A stretch of DNA of 64,000 bases from Wickerhamiella versatilis (GCA_030867685.1 JAQOWU010000008.1:3100001-3164000); one strand, 5' to 3'. Counted from the stretch's first letter, positions 33,109-43,840 are shown. Program-made: numbers and translations. The notes: generated by a model from the sequence alone, not told the origin.

Positions 33109-34335
33109 TTAAAATCGCTTCTTAAGTGGCCACTTCGACTCTGAAATAAATTGCTCAAGTGAAGCGGTTCTTCGTTTGACATAGGCAATTAGAGGTGTTG
33201 AAGGTTGGCCTGCAGCATGATGAAAAATAAGCTTCTCCGTAGCCTGCTCCAAATCGTTTACGTTGTCCTCAAGAATAAGACGATTATTGCACTGATCGCA
33301 AAAGCACAGAAAAGCAAAACTCCAGGCCAAAACCTGATGCGCTTTTGGTACCAAACCTTCCTGATGGGCATGCGTATCGTATCGGAGAGAATAATATCGT
33401 ACTCGTGACTTCCAGCGTTTACCCTCCTTCTGGGATTGATCCGAAGCCGGGACATACCTCACGCAATTGAACGTAGACCCTGTATGCTGATCCCATTCAA
33501 GCCCACACATCCAGCAAAACTGATTTTGACATCTGTAGCATATCATATGATTGCATCCCTCGGCCTTTTCGATTTGAGCATGACACTTTGGACATCGCTT
33601 CGTGTTTCTCAGTATCCAATCTCCGGAACGATGTTCTGAATCGACTAACTGAAGCCATTCTTTTGCAAAATCACATGGTAGGCTCAGATGAGGAGTCTCT
33701 CCGCAGTCAGAACAGAAACTGTGTCCATTCGCACAGACACTGCCTTGAGTCACCAGTTCGCATTCAGGGCATTGATGGAACTCTGGTAACGACATTATAT
33801 ACAAATCGGTTGCAATTTCCCAAAATTTTTCTTTCAAATCACTTGAAACGGCATCAAGGGTGACAGGAAGTTGGCACTCAGCATTGCCGAAACACGTGAT
33901 CCGAAAAATCCGCCTCAAAGCCATTTGATCCTCCATAATTAGCCTATAGCACTGAGGGCACACATAGTGGTGGCATCCAAGGGCTATCCCGCTTGTCTTC
34001 CTATCACAACAAATAGGACATTCGTTAATAGTCCTCTTGGTCACGAGTGAAAGTTTTTGGATGTCTTCCTCGGTAAGCCCCACGCGATTCAACATTTTTT
34101 TAGGATCATCAAACCACATGGAACTGACAACAGTTATATTGAAATGAAATTCGCTCAGCAAGAGAAGGGCAAGACCTGGGGATAACCTTGTTGTCTTATG
34201 CAGACTTAGGACATTTTCCTCGATTTTTTGCCGGAAATCTGCTTTCGTCAATTTCTTTGGCCTGTCCTCGATCGTGAGTTCGTCAAATTCATCTAGAAGA
34301 AGATCTTGGTCGCTCCATTCATCGCCACTGCTCAT
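33109..34335 (-). CDS. HEL1: RBR (Ariadne-type) E3 ubiquitin ligase
   Basis: RING1 CPICC..GCHHYVCPQC, compact IBR, RING2 TKRCPKCHAQIEKAEGCNHMIC..FCWMC, shortened Ariadne domain; first ATG at 34335. Confidence 0.8.
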   Translation of the reverse strand: MSSGDEWSDQDLLLDEFDELTIEDRPKKLTKADFRQKIEENVLSLHKTTRLSPGLALLLLSEFHFNITVVSSMWFDDPKKMLNRVGLTEEDIQKLSLVTKRTINECPICCDRKTSGIALGCHHYVCPQCYRLIMEDQMALRRIFRITCFGNAECQLPVTLDAVSSDLKEKFWEIATDLYIMSLPEFHQCPECELVTQGSVCANGHSFCSDCGETPHLSLPCDFAKEWLQLVDSEHRSGDWILRNTKRCPKCHAQIEKAEGCNHMICYRCQNQFCWMCGLEWDQHTGSTFNCVRYVPASDQSQKEGKRWKSRVRYYSLRYDTHAHQEGLVPKAHQVLAWSFAFLCFCDQCNNRLILEDNVNDLEQATEKLIFHHAAGQPSTPLIAYVKRRTASLEQFISESKWPLKKRF

Positions 34336-34482
34336 AAAATGCTTACGCACCACGACCGATTAGACTTGATGAAGTACATGAACTGGAAAAATACTCCATT
34401 CTCTAAAATGCTGTCGAAGAATCGAATTGCAATAAGACAACTCTAACTAGATTAAATCTCTGCAACCTACATAATGATGTCT

Positions 34483-34911
34483 CTATCTGACAGATCCCTT
34501 CGTGATACACCAATCTATTAGCTGTAATGCAACCTGACGATCAGCACTCTCATAGAGCCACAGTCCATAAACACGATTCTCTGCCTGAAGCATCAAAAAG
34601 TTTTCCTGTAATTTTACTCCGATCGGTGTTTCTCCCTTCCGCAAGGCCATGACAGCAGGTGTGATGCCCAACGACCAATCCTGGATATTTTGACGATTCA
34701 AAACGAGCAATGTATAGGGATACTCATCTGCGGCTATACGCGAGTATAGAAAGAGTGTACCCTTGGTTTCAGTTCCCCGCCAATCATTTATAGAGTCATC
34801 CCAGATAAACACATCGCAAACAGAACTTGTGAATATTAGCTGGGATAATGCCGGGTCATGCCTTGCAATTACTGCGTGGTTATATTGCTCTTTACTAGGG
34901 CATTCATCCAT
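34483..34911 (-). CDS. DCP1: mRNA decapping enzyme regulatory subunit (EVH1 fold)
   Basis: YNHAVIARHDP, W...ETKGTLFLYSR, LLVLNR, VYGLW. Confidence 0.88.
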   Translation of the reverse strand: MDECPSKEQYNHAVIARHDPALSQLIFTSSVCDVFIWDDSINDWRGTETKGTLFLYSRIAADEYPYTLLVLNRQNIQDWSLGITPAVMALRKGETPIGVKLQENFLMLQAENRVYGLWLYESADRQVALQLIDWCITKGSVR

Positions 34912-34990
34912 CCGTGCCTAGCCTCTCTCACACTTTCTCTGTTACGAATACGTTTGCTAACTAATCTATGGTTGTCTAAGGGGGTGGTCA

Positions 34991-35551
34991 CTAGGGGAGC
35001 TCTCCAAGAACCTTATCAGCTTCGGAGTCCTTAATTCCGGTTCCATCCTCCTCAATCCAAGCCTTCTGAACCTCTCCGTTCTCAACTAAAGCAGCGTAGC
35101 GCTGAGACCTCGCATTGCCAAAAAACTTCGTAGCATCAAAAGTAGCATCTACAGATTTAGAGAATTCGCCCTTAGGGTCAGCAAGAACGTGCAGCCATTG
35201 CTTCACCTCCTGGGGAGCATCTTGAAGTAGATACTCCTTCCAAGCAGACGTTACGAAGGCATCGTTTACTGAAACAACGACCAATTCAGAGATCCCTTTT
35301 TGCTTGAAGGCGACGCTCTGGGATAGGTATCCAGGTATGTGGCGCTTGCTGCACCCAGGACTAAATGCACCAGGCACGCCAATAAGAAGATACTTTCCCT
35401 TGTTCTCGCTCAGGTTCACCTTTTGCGATGGGGCATCCTCATCTAGAGAAACACCAGGAATCTTGGATCCCTTAGCAATAGATTGATACGCACTGGCGTG
35501 GAACGTCCTCCTGAGTGTAGAGCCTGCAGAACCAGTTACAAGCCGCAACAT
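34991..35551 (-). CDS. Prx5-type peroxiredoxin with a predicted mitochondrial presequence; single Cys
   Basis: VPGAFSPGCSKRHIPGY, SVNDAFV, LADPKGEF, RSQRYA; N-terminus MLRLVTGSAGSTLRRTFHAS. Confidence 0.92.
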   Translation of the reverse strand: MLRLVTGSAGSTLRRTFHASAYQSIAKGSKIPGVSLDEDAPSQKVNLSENKGKYLLIGVPGAFSPGCSKRHIPGYLSQSVAFKQKGISELVVVSVNDAFVTSAWKEYLLQDAPQEVKQWLHVLADPKGEFSKSVDATFDATKFFGNARSQRYAALVENGEVQKAWIEEDGTGIKDSEADKVLGELP

Positions 35552-35591
35552 GGTGGTCAGAATTCTGGGCGAGGGTATTCTGGTTTACGTG

Positions 35592-36050
35592 ATGGCAACA
35601 AAAATCCGGTTGTTTCTCGGTCAATTCTCGGAAAAGTCCATACCAAGGAGTCAATTCACTTTAAATTTCAGTAGATCCTCTGGTCCAGGTGGGCAGAATG
35701 TGAACAAAGTTAATTCAAAGGCTACAGTAAGACTTGATCGCGAAAAATGGGCTAAATGGTTGCCATTAGAAGTACAAAACCAAATATCTCAATCAGGAGA
35801 GTTTCCATATTTCACAAAGCGTGGAGATGTACTAGTCACATCAGAATTATCAAGATCGCAAAAGAAAAATCTAGATGATTGCTTCCAGAAGTTGGCTGAG
35901 GCAATCCGTCATGCAGCGTTTATAGGCAAGGAAACAAGTGAAGATACTTTAGAAAAGTGGAAGCAAATCCACCGCACCGCGAATCGAAAGAGACTGGATG
36001 CAAAGCGATTTCAAAAACAAAAAAAGCAATCGCGAAAAGTAGATTCCTAG
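35592..36050 (+). CDS. PTH4: Codon-independent mitochondrial peptidyl-tRNA hydrolase (ICT1/YaeJ family); alternative start at 35550
   Basis: SRSSGPGGQNVNKVNSKATVR, RSQKKNLDDCFQKL and a basic C-terminal tail. Confidence 0.88.
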   Translation: MATKIRLFLGQFSEKSIPRSQFTLNFSRSSGPGGQNVNKVNSKATVRLDREKWAKWLPLEVQNQISQSGEFPYFTKRGDVLVTSELSRSQKKNLDDCFQKLAEAIRHAAFIGKETSEDTLEKWKQIHRTANRKRLDAKRFQKQKKQSRKVDS

Positions 36051-36051
36051 C

Positions 36052-37836
36052 CTAGTATGACCTGGGGGCAGGGCGTGCCGTACGTTTTCCGTCACCATCT
36101 TGAGCTCGGGGTGGGCGACGTGGGAGACCAGAACGGCCACCACGGGTGCTACGGGGTGGCACATCACCGCCTCTTCCCGTGGGTCTTGGTCTACCCGCAG
36201 GTCCACTTGGAATTTCCCTGGTAGGGGGATCCCACTTAGCGGGCCCTCTAGAATCCCGCTGTTCCCTGTGCTCCCGCTTGGGGTCACGCCGCGGCTCACG
36301 ATCTCGCCGGGCGTCTCTTCTAGGCTCTCCTCGGCGACCTTCCCGTCTTGGACCTGGACCGTCACGTTCTGCTTCACCACCCCAAACTTTATCACCCTTA
36401 TTATTCCTATTTCCACCTTTGAACCGTTTGGCAGGAGGTTTATCATGCCTATCAGACATTCGATGAGGAGCTGGTTTTTCAGTGTCATTAAATCGCCTCT
36501 TCCTGGAGGGAGCTTTATCCTGAATCTCAGGGGTCGTTTTGTGAACCGATTCAGTTTCTGATTCTGCCTCCCACTCACTTTCGTCGCTGAAAACCTCAGC
36601 ATCAGGCTCGTCGTCGAAGCCGTCAAGAGACTCGACCAATTCTCTGGTTTTAGACTCATGGGCCTCACCAAATTTTGGCGATAGTCTTAATTTGGACCAT
36701 GCATCAAGATTATCACTGGTTTCAATGTCTGCATCTTCCCCAATATTGTCAAGTCCTGTCTCGGTCTTCCAGATCCTTGATAGCTTGGGATTGCCCATGG
36801 GATTAAAGTATTTGGGTCGACTTTTGGCGATTGCGTCCCATTTTTCATTAGGAATTGGACCCGAGACCTCGGCTGTAAGACTGTGGCTCTCATTGTTCCG
36901 TGGCTCCACCACTTCAGCAATATCTGGTTCAGGCATCCGCTTTTTGGATGCTGCTTCAACCCAGTCTCTGTCGCGTGAGAGCAATTCTTCATAGAAAGCA
37001 TCACATGCTGTAATATCATCACTGGGCCATACATCACGAAGAACAGCCTGCCAAACTTTACGCGTTTCATTAATCCTTGACAGATAAGGAGAGTTTGGAG
37101 GCAGATTCAGGGACTGAAGTACAGAAAGTATTTGAAATGCAACAATACGCCATACAGCATGATCCCGGCAGAGGATTTCGAGAACCTCAGGCTCAGTATT
37201 CCACAATCGACCTACCCGTAATCCTACGGGCAGTGGAGTGGGATTACGCTGGTTTCGCACATTCGCTATTGCCTGCAATAACTCCTGTACTTTCGCTGGA
37301 TTTGCCGTCCGGCACAGTCTCTGAAGGTCCCAGAAGGGCCCCTCCGGTAGGCTTGGGAGCTCGACATCGGCATTCTTGGGGAACAGTATGGGTTGTTTAT
37401 AAAGTGGAACCCACGCACTAACCCAAAGACAAGCACGGCCTGAGTGTTGAGAACTCTCCAGCTTTGTTCTTAAAAGCCTTGTCGTTGCAAGAACAGTCTC
37501 TACAGTAGAACTGCGCCATTGATTCAAACGCGTCTCAGGATACGTCAAGAACTCGGCCGCACTACTAGATGGTAGATTTTCAAAAATGCGATGCTGCAAA
37601 TGAACGGGCATATTACTTTGCTCTCCTGAGTCGTCATTTCTTACTGCGTTCAAATGAGCAAAATCGAGCAGGGCTGCTAGTTGGTTCAGATCTTTTTTCG
37701 CACAAATATCGCACGCAAGATCTGAAAACTCACTCCATTGGTAATTTATATCACCTTGAAAATTGTCTAGAGGATGCTCAAGAATATCCCGCGGTGGAGT
37801 TTCGATTAGCCGTCTCAACTCCAACTGCGATGACAT
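36052..37836 (-). CDS. Probable THO complex subunit 1 (Hpr1/THOC1)-like protein with an Arg/Gly/Asp-rich tail
   Basis: WRIVAFQIL, LLSRDRDWV and PMGNPKLSRIW resemble THOC1 conserved blocks; strongly diverged. Confidence 0.6.
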   Translation of the reverse strand: MSSQLELRRLIETPPRDILEHPLDNFQGDINYQWSEFSDLACDICAKKDLNQLAALLDFAHLNAVRNDDSGEQSNMPVHLQHRIFENLPSSSAAEFLTYPETRLNQWRSSTVETVLATTRLLRTKLESSQHSGRACLWVSAWVPLYKQPILFPKNADVELPSLPEGPFWDLQRLCRTANPAKVQELLQAIANVRNQRNPTPLPVGLRVGRLWNTEPEVLEILCRDHAVWRIVAFQILSVLQSLNLPPNSPYLSRINETRKVWQAVLRDVWPSDDITACDAFYEELLSRDRDWVEAASKKRMPEPDIAEVVEPRNNESHSLTAEVSGPIPNEKWDAIAKSRPKYFNPMGNPKLSRIWKTETGLDNIGEDADIETSDNLDAWSKLRLSPKFGEAHESKTRELVESLDGFDDEPDAEVFSDESEWEAESETESVHKTTPEIQDKAPSRKRRFNDTEKPAPHRMSDRHDKPPAKRFKGGNRNNKGDKVWGGEAERDGPGPRREGRRGEPRRDARRDREPRRDPKREHREQRDSRGPAKWDPPTREIPSGPAGRPRPTGRGGDVPPRSTRGGRSGLPRRPPRAQDGDGKRTARPAPRSY

Positions 37837-38002
37837 TATTGATTACGATAGCATATTGTGTTAATATATAGGGCGGCAATATTTCTCGCCTTATCTGTAT
37901 ATATATCTGATAATCTTATTACAGTCGACTCCCAAAAATTAAATTAAAGTCAACTTAAACACTACCTGCTCTCCAATTGGATAAATGGGGAAGCACAATG
38001 TA

Positions 38003-38562
38003 TCAGTTTGGATTCGGTGGGAACGGCTGCTGGCCAAGTTGTGGGGAAAACATCGGCATACCCATCCCCCTCATACCACCTGTGGGTGTCTGTGACCTTG
38101 CCTGAGCTTGCGCTTGCGCTTGTGCCTGTGCCTGAGCTTGTGCTTGAACTCTTGCTTGCATTAATTGTCGAGTCTGCGCAGGAGTTACACCAGCCATCCG
38201 TGATTCCGGTCTAGTTTGAGGGTTCAGTCCCTGGTTCTGCATTCCAACTGCCGGCGAATTTGCCATTCCCATACTGCGCATCATCTGAGCCTGTCGGACT
38301 CGCTGCATCATCAGCTGCTGTTGCTGGGGCGTTAGTTGCGGCATCTGTGCATCCATCATTTGTGGATTTTGCATTTGCCCTGTGCGGGGCTGGTTATGTG
38401 TCTGGCTTTGGGCGGCAACTTGTGCTTGCGCGGCTGCAACCTGTTGCTGATGCAAAACGCGAGCTTGCTGGGCCATTTGCTGAGCTTTTGTGACCTGCTG
38501 CTGTAATTGAGCAGGGGATTGAGTGTCTGAAGCAGGTGCTGGTGGTAGTCGTGCTGCCTGCT

Positions 38563-38594
<32 letters not shown>

Positions 38595-39331
38595 TGCTGT
38601 CTCATACGCTTCCGTCTAATTTGTTCAATAAAACTAAGACGTACAGCTTGGTGATTTGGCATTGAACCGCGTTGTGGCTCGTCAAGCACGAGCATGAAAT
38701 CCTCGTATGCAGAGCCATGATGTGGGGCTGTTTCCTCATGGGGACGCCGCAGTGGAAGTGGCTTCGTGACGCGGTGCCATGCATAGGGCCGCCGGAGTTT
38801 CTTTTGAAGGTAGGCCTGAGTATCCCATCTTTTCCGATCAGGCACACGCAAGTCCAGCTTGCGATGTGTCAAATTGAGAACCTCACTCTCGATATTGAGA
38901 GCCATTGTATCATTGAATCGGCCCTGGCTCGTGTCAGTGGTATACATCATGTCATGCCAAAAGCTTAGATCCGTGGGCCGCAACAGCACGCGATAACTTC
39001 GTGACTCTTCTGCCGTCTCGGAATCACTCGGCGGGTCACGTTCATCAACCACTTTCAGAATTACACAGCCCTCAAAAAAGCGGATTCCAGAGTCTCGAAT
39101 CACTACTGTGGCCTCTGGGCTAATAATACCCTCGCGAACATCTTCAAGAAACAGTTGGATAGTGGGATTGTCACGGGGTATAATGCCATCCTGTCCACCA
39201 AACCGGAAGTGTGTTTTGAATACATGAAGCTCGATACTCGGTGGTTCATTCACGTACTTCGCAAGAATTCTCCCGGGATCTTCTGCAAAGTGGTCTGTTG
39301 CCGAGCCGTTAACTCGTGGCTCACTAGCCAT
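38003..39331 (-). CDS. SPT20: SAGA subunit Spt20
   Basis: ILAKY..PPSIELHV..HFRF..QDG, IRFFEGCVILKVVDER, YRVLLRPT, IESEVLNLT; Gln-rich tail. Confidence 0.88.
38558..38599 (-). repeat. CAG/CAA tract encoding 14 Gln in Spt20
   Basis: (CTG)4(TTG)5(CTG)5 on the + strand. Confidence 0.9.
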
Positions 39332-39543
39332 AAACTGCTATACCACTGCTGAATAATTCACTCTTACTATAGTGAGTATCATCGAGTTCACAGCTTCACC
39401 TGGTGGTCCTATTTTGATCAGTTACAAAAATTATCCAGAAAATCCTATCCACCTTCTAAATAGTCAGGCATAGATCCTCATATAATTGCTCCTAACGCTA
39501 AAGATTTCTTATTGTCCACCCGTGGCCGTGAATGATGCTGGAT

Positions 39544-40236
39544 CTACCACAACTCGCGGATGCCAAGGTATGCGGTAATTGTACCAGCCAATCCTACAAT
39601 ACCATCATTGAAGCCAGTCACTCCAAGGGCTGTAAGCGGAATAGAAAGATCCAAGACTTGCCAGACGACGTGGGTGATCTCGCGTTTACGAAGTTCCCTG
39701 GCCTTCGAAATGGCAGTGGTATCCTTCTCACTTTCCTGTGACAGTGCTCTGAGCTGAGCATCCGCGTGGTACGACTTGAAAGCCGCTTCGACCAAAGCAC
39801 CTACAAGTGCGACAGCCCAGAATCGATTCTGTGCAGTAGTCAAGCGGGCTGCAGTACGAGGCCGGAATTTGTAGACGCCACCATTGTTAATCCACGCCAA
39901 AGTATCCAAGGACAGGAACCCGGTTGTGCCTACATTCTTGGCAATCCCAGCTACCCAAAGCAAAGGATTGCTTGAACGTGCACTCAAGAGTCCAACAAGT
40001 GCCTTGATGTTGTTAAGTGGCTTGGCTGCACGGAACAGCTTTCGTGCTGCACTTACATTCTTCGTCAACAATTTCAGGCGCTGGACCACGATGGGCGAGA
40101 AGCCTCTCTGCGACAAGTACCAGCTCAAGAAGCGACTGAAGTATTGAACAATACGTCCAAGCTTGTCTCGAATGGCTGTACGCTCAAGATTTGATGTGGT
40201 TTTGACGTATAGAGGGTGACTTGTTACCGTCGACAT
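39544..40236 (-). CDS. PEX11: Peroxisomal biogenesis factor 11
   Basis: RDKLGRIVQYFSRFLSWY, RKLFRAAKP, LDLSIP, NDGIVGLAGTITAYLG. Confidence 0.92.
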   Translation of the reverse strand: MSTVTSHPLYVKTTSNLERTAIRDKLGRIVQYFSRFLSWYLSQRGFSPIVVQRLKLLTKNVSAARKLFRAAKPLNNIKALVGLLSARSSNPLLWVAGIAKNVGTTGFLSLDTLAWINNGGVYKFRPRTAARLTTAQNRFWAVALVGALVEAAFKSYHADAQLRALSQESEKDTTAISKARELRKREITHVVWQVLDLSIPLTALGVTGFNDGIVGLAGTITAYLGIRELW

Positions 40237-40402
40237 GATATGTGGGGAAGTAGTACGGAGGTCTCTCGGCCGAAGTTATTAGAGACAGTTATTAGATAAC
40301 TTTTTGTCATCGTATCTGATCTGTTTGTCATCTCGATGAGACTTACTTCTTCAATTTAGAAAGCAGATACTCAGCAATTGTATCTTCTAAAGTTTAGACA
40401 TT

Positions 40403-43400
40403 TTACACAATAGGCTTACCACCTACAAACTCAGACCAGCGACGAACCTCGGGAGGTACTTCCTTTTGGCCAAGCTCGGGCAGTTTCGCTTCAAGAACGC
40501 GAGCAAAAAGCATAGCGGTGCGCGGTTCGTTGAACAATGGCAAGCCAAAGTCAATGACATTACGACGCATAATGTAATCCTCATCCTCAAGCGACTCAGC
40601 CCTGGAATGCGCCAGGTTGATCACGCCTGTGATCTTGTACTCTTTGAACTGCTCGCCCAATGTTCTCTTATCCGTCGCGAGCTCGATAAGCCTACTCGGG
40701 ATGCCGGCCTCTGCGAGATAACTCTGAACCTCAGGCTTAGCAACAAGGATCTCAAAGCCCAAAGGTTGCAAGATTTTCACAACGTTGACCAAATTATCAG
40801 CGTTAGTGTCGCCGCCTACCAGCAATGACGACGGAGGCTTGGGGACCTTGAAATTCATGATCGACTGGAGAGTCATCCAGTATGCTTCAATAGTATCTCT
40901 GCCGAAACAGGCGATCTCTCCAGTTGACGACATCTCGACACCTAAGAAAGGGTCAGCACCAGCAAGACGCGTGTAACTGAATTGAGGTGCCTTTATGGCA
41001 ACATAGTCACGAGACTCCGCCATCAGATCGCGGGGCGCGGGTACATTATGGTCAATGATAGCTCTCGTAGCCACATCAATAAGATTCACACCCAAAACCT
41101 TGGAACTGAATGGGAATGATCGCGATGCACGCAAGTTACACTCAATGACCTTCAATGCATCTCCGTCACGAATGACCTGCATGTTAAATGGACCTGTAAT
41201 CTTCCAAGCCTCCGCGACCTTTTCAGCAATCACCTTCATTCTAGCAAGTATACTTTCTGGGAGGTTCTGAGGAGGCAGAATTAGTGTTGCGTCACCACTG
41301 TGAACACCGGCATTTTCAACGTGTTCGCTGATTGCGTGAGCTAGCAATTCGCCACGGTGGGCAACGGCATCGATGTCAATTTCCTCAGCACCCTGGATGA
41401 ACTTTGTTATGACGACAGGATAGTCCGGTGACACAGCAGCAGCATTTGTGAGCTTCTGTTCCAAGTCCTGCTCAGAGTGGATTACGTTCATAGCTGCACC
41501 AGAGAGTACATAGGATGGGCGCACAAGAACGGGGTAGCCCACCTCATTTGCAAAGTCTTTCGCCTCATCAATTGAGGCCAATTCCTTCCAAGCTGGCTGG
41601 TCCACTCCAATAGAGTCAAGAATCTGAGAGAACTTGTGACGGTCCTCAGCCTTGTCTATGTCTACTGGATCAGTACCGAGGACATTCGCCTTACCTTCCT
41701 CCTGGAGACGCAACGCGATGTTCTGTGGCAACTGTCCGCCAACGCTCACCACAACACCTGCAGAGTTCTCAAGCTCGTAGATATCCATCACCCGCTCATA
41801 ACTAAGTTCTTCAAAGTACAACTTGTCCACTTCGTCAAAGTCTGTGGATACAGTTTCCGGGTTGTAGTTCACCATAATCGTCTTGCGACCATTTTGACGC
41901 AGCGATCGTGCAGTCGAAACTGCACACCAGTCGAATTCTACAGACGAACCGATACGGTAGACACCAGAGCCAAGTACCATGGTGCCTCTATCCTCAAAGG
42001 TAACATCGTGCTGGGATCCGTTGTAGGTAGTGTAGAGGTAGTTGGTGTCTGCAGGGAACTCAGCAGCCAGAGTGTCAATCTTCTTGACCCACGGATGGAT
42101 ATCAAGAGATTTTCGGAAACTTCGGACTTCGGACTCCGATGCGTTAAGACACTTCGCAATCTGAATATCTGAAAAGCCTAGCTTCTTCGCTGAGAGAAGT
42201 GTCTCGCGGTCGACCCCTGTCAAAATCCCAATCTTTTCAAGAGTCTTGTACATTTTGACAATATTCATAAGTTTGTATAGGAACCATTTGTCTATCTTGG
42301 TGAGTTCATGCACCTTGTCAACAGAATAATTCTCATGAAGGAGAGCCTGTCCAACCGCAAGCCAACGACGGTCGGTGGGATCACGCAAAACATCGTCAAG
42401 GCTGTCACCAAATTCAGAAGAGCCTTGGAAGCCCAACATAGATGGATCGACCATACGTATCGCTTTCTGAATGGACTCTTCAAATGTTCTTCCAATTGCC
42501 ATTACCTCACCTACCGACTTCATCGCCGATCCAATAGAGCGGTTTACGTGGCGGAACTTCGCCAGATCCCATCTTGGGATCTTTGTTACGACATAGTCTA
42601 GGGATGGTTCGAAATTAGCACTTGTTGTCTTTGTAACCGCATTAGGCAGCTCTGGCAAAGTGTGCCCAAGGGCGATCTTGGCCGCCGTGTATGCCAATGG
42701 GTAGCCGGTAGCTTTTGATGCAAGTGCCGAACTACGTGACAAACGGGCATTGACCTCAATCACACGATAGTCGAGTCCGTCTGGTTGCAGCGCATACTGA
42801 ACATTGCACTCACCCACAACACCCAGATGGCGAATGATTTTAATTGCAGCTGATCGCAGCATATGATACTCTTCATCAGACAACGTTTGAGATGGGGCAA
42901 CTACGATGGAGTCACCAGTGTGAATTCCCAAAGGATCAAAGTTTTCCATATTACAGACAGTAATGCAATTGCCATCGCTGTCACGTACAACTTCATACTC
43001 TACTTCCTTCCAGCCCTTGAGTGACTTTTCAACTAGAATTTGAGGGGACAGAGACAACGATTGGGCACTCAAACTACGAAGCTCACCAGGGTTAGCAGCG
43101 AACCCAGATCCCAATCCACCCAAAGCAAATGCTGACCGCACAATGATAGGATAGCCGACAGTCTCAGCAGCCTCAAGAGCATCGTTAACCGTCGAGACTG
43201 CAATGGATTCTGCGATGGGAATATCGATTTCTTTCAGAGCATCGGCGAAGAGTTCACGATCCTCACTAGCTTCGAGGGTGGCGATAGGAGTTCCCAGTAC
43301 CTTGACACCGAAACGATCGAGGACGCCCATCTTATCAAGAGCGATACCGACATTCAGACCTGTCTGGCCTCCGAACGTCAAGAGAATTCCGTCAGGCCTC

Positions 43401-43786
43401 TCACGTTCAATGATGTATGCTACATAGTCCGGAGTTACGGGAGCGAAGTAAACCTCGTCAGACAATGCGTGACTGGTCTGATTCGTTGCAATATTAGGGT
43501 TCACTAAAATTGTTTCCTTGTTTGCTTCCTTTAGAGCCTTGATTGCCTGTGATCCAGAATAGTCAAACTCACCTGCCTGCCCAATACTGATTCCACCACT
43601 TCCAATGACCAAGACTCGCTGGACATCAGCAAGTTTTTGAGGACGCGGATTCAGAATACCCGCTCCAGCATAAGCCTTGCGCTCAGCAGTACTCTGGAAA
43701 CGCAGAGCATTTACTGGTTTTCTAATTTTCCACGAACTGCTTTGGGTAGCCCGTAGCAACTGTGTGAACGGGCGCCTCCAAAACAT
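40403..43786 (-). CDS. CPA2: Carbamoyl-phosphate synthase (arginine-specific) large chain with an N-terminal presequence
   Basis: IGQAGEFDYSGSQA, two ATP-grasp domains, GSGVYRIGSSVEFDW and MGS domain; not fused to ATCase, so not URA2. Confidence 0.96.
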   Translation of the reverse strand: MFWRRPFTQLLRATQSSSWKIRKPVNALRFQSTAERKAYAGAGILNPRPQKLADVQRVLVIGSGGISIGQAGEFDYSGSQAIKALKEANKETILVNPNIATNQTSHALSDEVYFAPVTPDYVAYIIERERPDGILLTFGGQTGLNVGIALDKMGVLDRFGVKVLGTPIATLEASEDRELFADALKEIDIPIAESIAVSTVNDALEAAETVGYPIIVRSAFALGGLGSGFAANPGELRSLSAQSLSLSPQILVEKSLKGWKEVEYEVVRDSDGNCITVCNMENFDPLGIHTGDSIVVAPSQTLSDEEYHMLRSAAIKIIRHLGVVGECNVQYALQPDGLDYRVIEVNARLSRSSALASKATGYPLAYTAAKIALGHTLPELPNAVTKTTSANFEPSLDYVVTKIPRWDLAKFRHVNRSIGSAMKSVGEVMAIGRTFEESIQKAIRMVDPSMLGFQGSSEFGDSLDDVLRDPTDRRWLAVGQALLHENYSVDKVHELTKIDKWFLYKLMNIVKMYKTLEKIGILTGVDRETLLSAKKLGFSDIQIAKCLNASESEVRSFRKSLDIHPWVKKIDTLAAEFPADTNYLYTTYNGSQHDVTFEDRGTMVLGSGVYRIGSSVEFDWCAVSTARSLRQNGRKTIMVNYNPETVSTDFDEVDKLYFEELSYERVMDIYELENSAGVVVSVGGQLPQNIALRLQEEGKANVLGTDPVDIDKAEDRHKFSQILDSIGVDQPAWKELASIDEAKDFANEVGYPVLVRPSYVLSGAAMNVIHSEQDLEQKLTNAAAVSPDYPVVITKFIQGAEEIDIDAVAHRGELLAHAISEHVENAGVHSGDATLILPPQNLPESILARMKVIAEKVAEAWKITGPFNMQVIRDGDALKVIECNLRASRSFPFSSKVLGVNLIDVATRAIIDHNVPAPRDLMAESRDYVAIKAPQFSYTRLAGADPFLGVEMSSTGEIACFGRDTIEAYWMTLQSIMNFKVPKPPSSLLVGGDTNADNLVNVVKILQPLGFEILVAKPEVQSYLAEAGIPSRLIELATDKRTLGEQFKEYKITGVINLAHSRAESLEDEDYIMRRNVIDFGLPLFNEPRTAMLFARVLEAKLPELGQKEVPPEVRRWSEFVGGKPIV

Positions 43787-43840
43787 AGCAGTACAAAAAT
43801 CTCTGCTGAGTTGATACGCAGGTTATCTCGACTTTTTAAG

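Noticed and set aside
35949-36671. 240-aa alternate-frame ORF overlapping the Hpr1-like tail and PTH4
   Set aside because: Non-ATG start, GC-rich low-complexity region naturally poor in stops, and no recognisable motif.
40250-40280. Possible oleate-response element upstream of PEX11 (CGG...CCG)
   Set aside because: Spacing and core match neither the CGG-N3-TNA ORE nor the CCTCGG FarA consensus.
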